Shown in pieces: positions 38,255-49,480 of a stretch of DNA of 57,415 nt. Numbering within the stretch: position 1 is the stretch's first letter; each line of letters begins with the position of its first letter. Location of the stretch: assembly GCA_025201805.1 (NCBI GenBank), contig MU619323.1, positions 85,716 to 143,130 of the forward strand, written 5' to 3'. Source of the DNA: Parasitella parasitica NRRL 2501 (taxonomy: Eukaryota > Fungi > Mucoromycota). The position numbers and the translations under genes were made by a program. The notes beneath the pieces are model-generated. The model did not search any database, was not told the origin of the DNA, and worked only from the letters and a program-made list of their open reading frames with translations.

Positions 38255-40080
38255 TCACTTGAAACTCAATGAAGGTTTCATCTTTTTTGGTTTCATATAG
38301 TTGATTATCTGGCTGTACTCTTTCTTACTCATTGATCTGCTTCTTCGTCTTTTTGGGGACTCAAAAGGTCTCTTGACACAATAACTTTGATACATATGAA
38401 TGATTTGCTTGATTTTGTGGATGCTTGTCATCAGGATTGGAAGAGAATTAAATGACTGGGGAACATCGATGCTGTATATTTCGAACATTGTATAAAAGTT
38501 GCTGTTGCGCAACACAATCATATAAAAAACCAGCTTAAATCCTTTGGTACGGTATAACATTTAACGATCAGAATGATGTTGGATACAGAAACAAAACTGA
38601 ATATTTTTTTTTGACAAACTTACCAACTACCATAACTATTAGGGCACTCTCCAAGTTTTCTTCGTCACAAATATTCTTTCCAAATTTAGTTAAACGTAGC
38701 ATGTCATAGTGAATGTCCAGAGAGTTGCTGTTACTTTCATTAATTTTCACTTCGCAGTAACCGACCGTATAGTCCGCTGTTCTTTGCTTCAAAAAGAACA
38801 TCTCTGCATCGGGACGCTCGTCGTCTGTGCCGGTACCTAGCGTGTTCGTCCTAAAAAAAACATATTTAGTTTACACGTTTAATACAGATATTACAACGGT
38901 TTTACCACATGAAACTATGGTTTTTGTCATGATTGTTCAACATTCCATTCAATAAGGGGTCTAGATATTTGGTGATCAATTCAATTTCCTTGATTTCGTG
39001 ATTTAATAACGGCTCCTCAGGAAGTTTGTCCACACTACGCAAAGCCATAATAGAAATCAGTATGTATTTCGATTGAGTCGCAATCAATAATACTTACTAC
39101 GCCAAGAAGATGTCTAATACTTTCGTATCAAGATCATCGGCTGCTTCGTATAGTTGAAATATTTGGCATTTTATATTTTTTCGGCTTGAATCTTCAATTG
39201 TCTACAGTTAATAAATTTGTTAAAAGTGCATCAAATTATCTGACATTCTATCGAAGCTTACTGTCATCACACTTTCTAGTTCTCCCACTAGGTGTTTGTC
39301 TACTCTCATTCCCATATCTAAATATTCATTTCTTAAATCCTTGTGATAACAAGCCAAATTTGCAATTCCAATAGAAGTTATTATTTCTTGGCAGTGTTGG
39401 TTTTTCACGAGAAGAAGTACATCGTTTAAAGCTCTAAAATTTGTGTTTCGTAAGCTTAAAAATAAATAAATCCCAACTAAATATACTTACAATAGCTGTT
39501 GTAGATTCCCATTGACGAATAGTCCTTGTGACTTTGCCAGGTTGCGAGATATAGTTGTAAATTCTCTAAACCCTTGCTTGATGTTATAACCATTGCTTGC
39601 ATAATCATGATCATCGTCAATATCTTCTTCGTTTTCTTTATCAGCATCGTCAACTTCGTCAACCTCGCTTCTGCTTTCATTCGTATTGGCATTCAAGTTA
39701 TTTAATATAGCTCTTCTTGCTTCAGAGACACCAGCTTCCAATGTTTTATAGCCTTCCATTAATGTCTTTCTCTCAGCTCGTGCTTCAGCATATAGTATCC
39801 CGACATCAATTGATTTTCCAGTTATTCGTTGACGGTTAGGGAACACGGTTTTAAATGCATCAGTGTACTTTTTCTCCAGATTTTTCTTGGCTTGGGTTTC
39901 TGTATCAAACTGGTGAATATATATCTTGGTGTCTTTTTTATTCAAATCTACAAACTGAGTCAGCGAACATCGAGTTTTGCAGTGTTTTAAATATTTTTCA
40001 ATATCTGTAAGGAAAGACACATTTAATTCACCCACCCTTGTTCAACACAAAGTTTACTTACCTGATGAGATAGAAGACAT
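38255..40080 (-). CDS. Apparently intact 6-exon PD-(D/E)XK restriction-endonuclease-fold protein (Mucorales repetitive / Crinkler-REase-like family)
   Basis: Five GT-AG introns give an open frame MSSISSDIEKYL...VDKLPEEP...EIELITKYLDPLL...WTN...ERPDA...TVGYCEVK...DMLRLTKFGK...VVGFKLVFY...SLSFK*. Confidence 0.72.
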
Positions 40081-40383
40081 CTCGTTGGTTATGATTGTAA
40101 ATGCAAATTAAAAACTCCAAGTTGCTACGCCACACAGTAATTTTAAACGCATAATCTGTGTTTAAAATAGAGTGCAAATAGCAAAAACCAATGGTTTTCG
40201 GCTCTTCCTACGTCATCAAATTATAAAAAAAAACCCTGGTCGCGTTGATGAGCACTGAACGAACCTTTTCTTCTGTTAATCTGAACATTAACAACTGGAA
40301 ATGGAATCACAGGTATCTAACTTTTATTTCACAATCATTCGAAGGCTAACCCTCTTACATTTACAAATGCCTACAATTCTCCA

Positions 40384-40766
40384 TGTGCATTGGAATCCAT
40401 CTTAATGTGAGGTTCGCCCGTTATGATGGTACGTGTGAGCGTAATGCCTACGGTCCTTTGTTGTAACATTTGTGCTGTTAAATATTGCTTCCGGTTCTCT
40501 GTTGGTGTGCATTGGAATCCATCTTAATGTGAGGTTCGCCCGTTATGATGGTACGTGTGAGCGTAATGCCTACGGTCCTTTGTTGTAACATTTGTGCTGT
40601 TAAATATTGCTTCCGGTTCTCTGTTGGTGTGCATTGGAATCCATCTTAATGTGAGGTTCGCCCGTTATGATGGTACGTGTGAGCGTAATGCCTACGGTCC
40701 TTTGTTGTAACATTTGTGCTGTTAAATATTGCTTCCGGTTCTCTGTTGGTGTGCATTGGAATCCAT
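40384..40766. repeat. Tandem repeat, 122-bp unit x3 plus a 17-bp partial copy
   Basis: TGTGCATTGGAATCCAT recurs at 40384, 40506, 40628 and 40750; the units appear identical. Confidence 0.95.
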
Positions 40767-40930
40767 TTTGTTGCAATTTGTTGAATACAATCTCGAGCTA
40801 TTCCGTTGTTTTTATTAGTTTTGATTTTAAATGAATACATAACTATTTTTGAAAATGGATTTAACTTGTCATCGAAATATACACTGATAGACAAAAATTA
40901 TCCGATTTTCAAGAAATAAAATTACATATA

Positions 40931-41961
40931 CAGTACTTCCACTCTCGATCTTTCGTTGCATAGGAAGTGATTCTTGTATTGTAGCATTATCCATTACCCA
41001 GTAATATTCTTTCATTGTTTCATCTCGATCCATAACATCAAATAATTCATTTATAAACTTGATGTAATGTGCTGTCGTTATGCCCTTGGGAGGAGCTTCT
41101 ACTTCCTCATCTAAATCCATTTCATTTACATCACGTTTCTAACCTTTGTTTGTTTTACGATTTTTTGTCGTCGATTTACTTCTTGATTTAGGTGGGGGAG
41201 GCTTTCTTAATGCAACATGCATTACACCAACAGCTGCGATTGCGCCGATAATGATGTGGGTTGTTGCTCCTTTTTCTGCCCATGCCCAGTTATTTTTCAT
41301 GTTGATATGAAAGCTGGCTTTATCGATAAAAACGCAGTTCTTCAAGAAATCAAGATCTGTTTTCGCGTAAATCTGATACCATTCAAACCGTTTTTCCAAA
41401 TTCTCAGTATCATTTCGAGCAACTGACTCAAATGTTGCATATTTCACCGTCAAATTGAGAGTTATTTTCATATGATAATGAAGTTGGCTTCTGGAAATGG
41501 TCAAACCCTCGAATTGCTTTGTTAAACTCTCTAATACATCATTTACTGTAGCTTGAGGGTTTTCTTCTACGATTTGCGCAACGAATTTACAATGTTCTTC
41601 TGTGACCTTGCTTTTTCTACCTAATAACTTACAAGTTTCAGGGCTTACAGGGAGCTCGTTTGTTTCTGTGTACTTTTTCCACCATCTTTGAGCTGTCCTT
41701 TCATTGATTCCCATTTCATGTGCAATTTTTGCAGTTTCTCTACTGTTGGTAGACTGCTTCTCGCTATAGCTGTTGTAGGTAGATAATCTAGCGCTATCTT
41801 TTTTTTTTTTTTTTAGGTTTTACTGCTTTAACTTCAATAGCTGGTTCTGATGATTGCTTTTCGAGGTACTGTTTTTTCGGTGGTTAAACTTCTAAAACAA
41901 TATTCCTCCTCTCTCATTGAAGACATTGTTTTGTATCTTCGTAGAAAAACATGTGATTCAT
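40931..41961 (-). pseudogene. Third Tc1-like transposase, degraded and 3'-truncated
   Basis: MNHMFFYED start, INERTAQRWWK HTH, CVFIDK (E>K), internal TAG at 41139-41141, TTAHY..FI..L.DVMD and VMDNA; breaks off before LPPYSP. Confidence 0.88.
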
Positions 41962-42065
41962 CTTCTTAATGACAATAAATAGAGGTAAAAGAAAAACGAC
42001 GACTTCGAAAAAAAAAAATGCGACAACGTTTTTCACAAAACGACTATCTTTTCAAGACAGACTGT

Positions 42066-42257
42066 AGCCTGAAACGAATTTTGGTAATTAACAAAAACGA
42101 ACTTTGGAAATCACAACTACGAAAATTGGACTAGTGCAACAGCGAAAATTGAGCTTGTGCAAAAACGAAAATTGAGCTAAGAACAAAAGCGAAAATTAGG
42201 CGGAGATCAAAACGAATTCTGTTTTTAGGTTTACGAAAATTGGGGGTGGAGGCACTG
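42066..42257 (-). repeat. Right TIR of the Tc1 element
   Basis: Reverse complement of 35762-35953. Confidence 0.93.
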
Positions 42258-42259
42258 TA

Positions 42260-42554
42260 TGCTCACGAAGAGCGGGTTTATCATATGAAGGCGAGCTAGA
42301 AAAATTCAAAACCATACCCAACCCCCGCCCTTTTCAAACACACAATAACCCGAATGTAGTATACCATGGCTTGTTGAGGTGATTCAAAGAAGAAGAAATC
42401 GTATTGACCCCTGATAAATAATGTATTACTAGCTGTAAGAACTTGTCGTGTCTTGAGTAAGACGATCAAGCTTAATTTCCTCAAGATTCTCAATAGTCTT
42501 AGACAGACAGGCAAACGCCGAAGCCTTTTTAGCAGAAAACACGCTTCAAACTAA
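42260..42554 (+). pseudogene. Fanzor1 relic, 3' fragment (zinc-finger/RuvC-III region) with intron 42379-42432
   Basis: Continues the left fragment across the TA: MLTKSGFII, then EGELEKFKTIPNP(R)PF, VVYHGLL|SCKNLSCLE, DQA and LNFLKILNSLRQTGKRRSLFSR...* (stop 42552-42554). Confidence 0.82.
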
Positions 42555-42559
42555 TTACC

Positions 42560-42630
42560 AAAAGCACTTTTTACCAAAGCTATTGCTTTGGCCATTTAAT
42601 ACAGATACTTCATTAAAATGAACACTATAA
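42560..42630 (+). ncRNA. Candidate Fanzor omegaRNA scaffold plus guide region
   Basis: Perfect hairpin CCAAAGC-TATT-GCTTTGG (42574-42591) lies about 20 nt after the Fanzor stop, where omegaRNAs are encoded. Boundaries are uncertain. Confidence 0.5.
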
Positions 42631-42864
42631 AACGAAATCTGCTTTTTTTCAAATCGACAAAATTTACCAGCAATCAAAGTTGAGCAACCTTCAAACGGAG
42701 TGAACAACCGACGGAAAAGTTTAATCTTAAATGTGCACAAGCAATTATCACAAAATCACAGTTTTTTTGCCGCTTCTCGTTGTTCTTTAACACATCTCTT
42801 CCATTTAACTTATATATAAGTGTCAGTCTATCCATTCATTTCAGCTTTGCACAACATTTAAACA

Positions 42865-44526
42865 ATGACCCGTAGCATTAAAAGTAATAGCAGCTATTCA
42901 AGAGAAAAGCACAATGTCAAAAATATCCGAATTGTGCATCATCCAGAAACTGTATCTATTGATGTGAAAAATGCCAATGATACCAGCAGTGTACCTTTTC
43001 ATGAATACTTGGCTCGAACATGCCCTTCACTGTTTGGATCTAAGGCTCATTATACCCCAACTCCTTATTTGAGGTCTAAGCATTTACAGACCATCTATGC
43101 TTCGTTATACGATAATAAGACAGCAAAAAATGATGTTACCTATAAGAGGTGAGTTTTATTTGGAATATATGCATCTATATATGAAAATCAACTTTTATCT
43201 TCAAGGCAGATTTTGGAGTTTGTGAATGGAGGTGTTGCTTCCTTGGATTGGGCTAATCCAGCTATTGCTCTACCAGAAAATACACCTACGCTTGTCATTC
43301 TACATGGGTTAACAGGTGGTAGCCATGAAAATTATATTCGAGGGTTACTTCAGATTGTAAGCATCAATATCCTTCTATCAAATTTTTTCCTGCTAATGTG
43401 CTATTCTATTGCATATAGCTCACTAGGCCACCTATCAACTACAGAGCTGTCGTATACAACGCCAGAGGATGCGGATTTACCAACGTGAATACACCTCAAT
43501 TATTTAATGCATCTATTACAGACGATCTAAGAGAAGCCCTGAGTCATATCCAGATGCAAGTAGGAGAAAAGACACCCTTAATTGGCATTGGATTTTCTTT
43601 GGGCTCTAATATTCTTGTAAAGGTATATATAATATATAACCTTTTTCTGTTTTGTGCCTGATCTCAACATAATTTCCAAGTATCTTGGCGAAGAAAAGGA
43701 AAAGACGCCTTTGGTCGCTGCAGTTTCTGTTGCCAACCCTTACGATCTCCTCAAGTAAAAGACCAATATAATAATGTAGTACACAACCAATCTCATTATT
43801 CCATTTCGTTTATTAACAGCTCTGGAAAAGTGTTGGATCAAGGTTTCTTTACTCGCAATGTTTATTCCGCTCGCATGACAAACAACCTGAAAAGGATCTT
43901 CATGAGGTAAATTTCATGCATATGCATTGTGTATAAATAAACACTGCTAACACACCGTCAGAAATAAGGATGTCATGCTGACTTGTAAAGATGTCAACGT
44001 GGATGAAGTGCTTGCATCCAAGACAATCCGAGAATACGACGATGCATGTACGAAGAAAATGTCCAATTACACTACAGTCGACAACTATTATCGCGATGGT
44101 AGTTGCGCACGTCTCATTGAGCATGTGCGTGTTCCATTGCTTTGCATCAATGCTTTGGATGATCCTATTGCACTGGCTCATTGTATTCCTGTCGATGAGA
44201 TCAAAATAAACCCTCACATTATTTTAGCTGCTACGAAACACGGTGGTCATCTGGGTTGGTTTGAGCATTCTTATAGACCTTGTAGATGGGTTGATAAACC
44301 TATTTCTGAATTTGTTGTTGCCATGTTCCAGGTGAATTTTTTTACAATCGTTTTTTTTTTATGTGTAGCTTTACTAACTTGGGTCTATGTGTATCGCTTG
44401 TAGGCGAGTGATTCTCGTCAAGAAGCAACAAAATTAGATACTGACGCTGTAGTACGCAGCGCCCAAGCAATTAGAAAGGTCAGATTCCCTCCATTAGCCG
44501 CCGTCATACCCCCAATGATGAAATAG
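42865..44526 (+). CDS. AB hydrolase 4 family esterase (ABHD1/3, EHT1/EEB1-like)
   Basis: Motifs HLQTIY, GGVASLDW, LHGLTGGSHENY, YNARGC, GFSLGSN nucleophile elbow, INALDDPI and HGGHLGWF. Confidence 0.93.
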
Positions 44527-44732
44527 CAGCCTTAATCAACATTTCTTTATTGATACATGATAAAAAGGAATAATACAAATCACATAATTTCTCTTGACCA
44601 AATAACCTTTAATTCCTAGTATTTGCTTGAACTAATACTTGTTTTGAACTCCACGTACGAGTTTCTCAACTTACACGCGGCTAAACACAACAGCCACCTT
44701 CAACTCTCTTTTTATTAAACAATAAACATATT

Positions 44733-45788
44733 ATGTATTCGTATGAAATCGAATTAGACCACACAGGTAATCGAATACACTGCTCACAGAATAATCTGCT
44801 GCATCTAACAGGCTTTTCCTAGCTGACCTCTCTAATCAGACTTTTCAGTTATACAAGCTTGGGCCTATTTACGAGTTTCGCAAGGCAACAGCAGCCAGCA
44901 AAGAAAAATCGATTGCTGCACAGCTTTGCCAAAACTTGAAATTACAAGATGGAAGGCAAACCACACGAAATCAGAAGCAAAAGGACGCTAGCAACATCTT
45001 TCAAGGCGACTTGCGTAGATTGCACATTGACCCCGTAAACATACCAGATATTAAATCGTACGATCCCGAAATCAAGCCACTTCGAATTACTATAGAAATA
45101 ATGCAATTCAAGGATAGTAGATTGACAGAACATATATTTTATATGCTTCCTTCGCCCACGGTACCGCAAAACGAGAAGAAGCCTGGTGCCTTTGAATATT
45201 ATCCCCTGCTGCTGATCAAAGCTACAAACCAAATAAGACAGGAGATGATTAATTGGTTTGACAAGAAATACATAGCAACATGCACACCCTTATTCATGTA
45301 TCCTCTTACCATGGCGGATTCAGTTGACATTTGGATTGACTCGATACTTGATTTGCAAGAGAAAATAAGAGTCTATGCATCCGTGCCTGACCAGATGCTG
45401 AGGCCGCCGTTGATGCTGGAATATACAACTGGAGATGAGAATTTGTCTACGGTCACTGTGAAAATATCACGGCAGCAGGCACTTGAGATTTGTAAGCGTA
45501 TACCTGACCCTAGACAATTTCTGCGTACATTTGAAGCACATGTGGAGAACACGGCACATTTCAGACTGAATACTCTGACATTGTATCAGGTAACGAGTTC
45601 AGTTGCCAATGTACGTAAAGATGGCCATGTGAAGGTATGTCCTGCAAATACATAAAAAGTGATTTCATCACACCAACCCGTCAACATAGATCAGCCCACA
45701 TGCGTACAAATCCTTTGCTATCCGTTTGCTTCAAGGCTGGATTGATTTAGCAGTAGAAAAAGTATTTCCAGATATTGGTACTTTATGA
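44733..45788 (+). CDS. CENP-L/Fta1-like inner kinetochore (CCAN) protein, 3 exons
   Basis: LSNQTFQLYKLGPIYEF, YPLLLIK...INWFDKKY and FLRTFEAHVENTAHFRLNTLTLYQVTSSVANVRKDGHVKI parallel the CENP-L N- and C-terminal blocks. Confidence 0.7.
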
Positions 45789-45958
45789 ATTAATAAACCG
45801 AAAATGAAGTGCACTAGATGGTATGTGATGTGGTGCAAGGGGAGGAACGAGGAGTTGTGCTGCTGGTGCTGGGTGGAGTTTTTATTTGTTTCTTTGTTTG
45901 CTTCTCTTTTAGCCCTCTTCCTTTTCTTCTCTTTCTTTTTCGTTATACACTGATCACA

Positions 45959-47549
45959 ATGACAAAAGAGACTAATCAGCCCAAGGCCATCAACATTATC
46001 CGGCCAAACAACCCTCACAACAACAGCAGCAGCAACAGCATTCTATACAACAGCCTTAGTCACAGCAGCAGTGGAAGCACAGCAAGCACGAATTCAAGGC
46101 GCACAGGAAGCTCTTTATTAACAAACGGCACTCGCAAGCCGAAAGTAGCAGGCGCATCCGTACTTAAATCATCGTCAGAAAAGCCCGTCTTGAATCTATA
46201 CCATCCCCCTTCCAGAAAACCATCGTACGATAATAATTACAGCAATGCCACACACAACAAAAGACCGCCCATAGAATTATACAAACCACTGACCAAATCT
46301 TTTACTGCTCCCTCATTAGTCGTATCTAATGAATCTAAATCGCATAGCAATAACAATAACAATAATGTACAGCACAATAGACCTATATCACCATCCTATG
46401 CAAAATCACAGCAACAATATCAGCGTTCAGTGCTGGGCGTCATAAACACTCCTGTGGCTGCGGCTATTAATACTTTGAATCAAGCAGTTCCATCAGAAGC
46501 CGTCAAAAAATCTACATCATCTTCACTAGTAGTAGAGCATCGAAAATTGGAAGAATCGACTATGGTGAACAGTGTCCTCATAAATCAACATCTAGATGAA
46601 TTGAAGGACGATGAAGACGATGAAGACGATGACGACGATGACGACAATGAGGATGCAGAGGAGGGTGATGAAGAGGAGGAGGGTGACGAGGATGAAGAGG
46701 AGGAGGAGGGGCCCATAATAAATGAGGCGCGAGTTAATAGAAAGGTAAATTGAAGCTTTAATTACCCCTCGTTTTTTTTCTAAAAAGAAAAGGGCATGCT
46801 TGTATGCATATATATCACCGTAGATTGCAGATTTAGAATTGTCCATCAAGTCGCTATTGACAGTAAACGCCATGTTGGAAGCAACTGTCAGAAAACAAGC
46901 ATTACAATTAAATCAGTTCAAGAAGCAAAGGTCACCAGATGATGGAATGCATGTCGATTTTATGTTAGATCATGCTCAATATCAGATGGCGGCAGATCCT
47001 GTAAGCTTATGTTTTTCAATGCTCCCTTTATTAGTCAATAACACTTTTGGCTATATAGAACAATCAGGATGAGGATGAAGATGATTGGGAAAATGATAGT
47101 TTATTCCAAAAGTTACGTAAAGTGACAGAGTATATGATTGAACAAGGACAAAAATCAGTTGCTTTTGAATACAAAATTTTGGGAAGAGTTTTGTCAAATT
47201 ATTCGGAACTAGAAGATGACGATAATGAACAAGAAGAGGATGATGGCTTGGGTCAGTCTAAAGAAGGTAAAGATATTGGTGATTGCTTCAAATATCAGAT
47301 TTTAAAAATTCAGGAACCAAATGTATACTAGATACGATAAACATTGTCAATGATACAGCAATGGCAGTAGGAAATTCAAATGCAGAAATAAAAGTTCAAC
47401 CCAAAACTGAGTCCAACAACGTCATAATACCCAATACTACTAGCATTGCAACAAATAAGAAATCTGCTTCTTCAATACCAAAAAACATCAAAAAATACAC
47501 AAGGAGAAAGACACCGCCAAAGAGCCATGGTATTAATATATCCACATAA
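45959..47549 (+). CDS. Conserved fungal hypothetical coiled-coil protein with an acidic tract
   Basis: EARVNRK|IADLELSIKSLLTVNAMLE...KQ motif after a D/E-rich run; GT-AG introns. Confidence 0.75.
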
Positions 47550-47830
47550 CCACGTGCATTACGATCTGAAGCAATAAAAACCACATAATACGCTATATCC
47601 CTGACCTTTCATTCATGAAATGTAACAAAATATGACCCGTGCAATGCTACTGATAATAAAGCATACTTCAAAGGCCAACAGAGTAAATACGCATAATTTA
47701 TTTTGACGCATACAATATAAATGATTAACGAATGATATACAATGCTTAAATAAATTGAGACACAAAATCTTCTTTTCATCTACCATCGAGATTGTAGATG
47801 GCCAAGCGCTGAAGACCTAAAAATTTGGGA

Positions 47831-49480
47831 TCACTCAATTAATAGACTATAAAAAAACGCATTACTTTTTAAACGAGAATGACGAACACTTGGGGAATTT
47901 TTGTCTAGTTTGCGTTTGGAAACGAAAACTACTGTGGGAGTATGCATGAACACAATATTTTCAGGAATATAAGCATGAGGGGCAGGGGGATTTCTTAAAA
48001 TCAATGCAGACAACTGAACTATGGGCTTCAATTTCTGGAATAGTGGAAAAATTGATTACAGCTGGTGCATTTCGTAATAATTACGAGGCAAGCAGATCTT
48101 CTTCAATAACATGACACGATACAACCCATCGTAATTATGATTCATGCAATAAACATCACAACAATTACCCTTCACCAGGATACCACAAAGAACTATACCC
48201 GAACGTTGTTCAATGTTGACGGCCTTGATTGTGTTTTTCAATTCGCGGCATAATTTAATCAAATCATTCACGCTTTTAGTCTTGTTCGACTTGGCCTCAA
48301 GAGAAAAAAGAAGAAAATGCTTCAGTGAATCTCTTTGCCGAATCACATATCATTGAGTCAGCACCAACAGATTTAGTCAATATAATATTGGTAAAATACA
48401 TTTTGAAAAGATTGTCGACAGTATCTCTTGCAAGATTAGCTTCATTCACATTATTTGTAGAATAATCAGCAAAGTAGGTTCTTGCCAGGTTGTTGAGAAT
48501 GTCAAACGAGGTAGCACCATCTGGAGTACTTTGTTCATTTTTGAAATAATTAATATCTGCTTCTATCTTGACTTGGTCAATGTTTCCAACTGTCATATCA
48601 CGAGCAAACTTTGAAATTAGATCAGCACGAGCTACTTCCATTTCCACTAGTTTAAAATATTCAATTTGTTCAATTTCCATCATAATGTCTTCAGCAAATC
48701 AACAATATATGATTTACTAAATCGTTATCAATCAACATGATGCCATTGAGAGCAAGTTGTTCATGATCATCCCGCCTTCTTGATTGTAGTATCACGGTTA
48801 TTAGTTGGCAGCTTATATGACGAGCAGGTATTAGCATTGTGTCAAGGCACAGACAAACTAATGGATATATCTAATCAGCAGTATTGACTTTTCTATTTGT
48901 TCATCAACAGTGATAAAGCACTATCACATTGATCTATTATTTATCAGACCCTGATGCTGTATTTCTATTGACTGATAGCAGAGAAAGTCGATGGTTTCCT
49001 ATCTTGTTGGCCACACAGTACAATAAAATTGCTATCAACAACGCCTTGAGATTCGACGCATATCTTGTCATGAGACACGGAGCACGTCAAAATCCTTTTG
49101 GATAGAATTCAGACACTTCATTGGTCTCGTTCCCGCTAGCAGCACTTTCAGCCAACTCATTCAAATCACTCAAGACATCAGCACACAGGCTAGCTTGTCC
49201 TAATGCCTGAGTTATCTCAGCGGCCTTCAACTTTGTTCTTCTCGCAGTTTGCGCTTTACCAATCCAGTATTTGACGAAAGGAGCCAGCTCCAGAATCTAA
49301 TAAGGTGAGTCTCAATTACTTGATCAGAGATATCTCGCTTGCAGAAAATTTGCTTTCGATGGCTTTCGAAAAGTGGGAAAGCGTATTTTTCTCTCAATCA
49401 TGCTAGTAATGGCAGTTGTAAGTATGTTTTCTGCAGGTAATAGCTCTCTCTCGAATCCGCTTTATAAATGTTAAGACATT
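47831..49480 (-). pseudogene. Degraded PD-(D/E)XK-like Mucorales repetitive-family gene
   Basis: NEANLARDTVDNLF..YF, LEAK...DLIKLCRELK...CGILVKG...Y.M...DGLYR...LP occur in shifting frames with stops. Confidence 0.6.

Larger units (their letters stand above)
35762..42257. mobile_element. Tc1/mariner element with 192-bp TIRs and TA target duplication, expanded to 6.5 kb by nested insertions
   Basis: Ends read TA|CAGTGCCTCC...GGAGGCACTG|TA. 35762-35953 is the reverse complement of 42066-42257 with about 2 mismatches. Confidence 0.93.

Noticed and set aside
40384-40766. Possible CRISPR array with a 17-bp repeat
   Set aside because: The intervening sequences are identical, so this is a plain tandem repeat.
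44900-44940. Suspected frameshift in CENP-L
   Set aside because: Recounting shows the frame is continuous from the acceptor at 44822.
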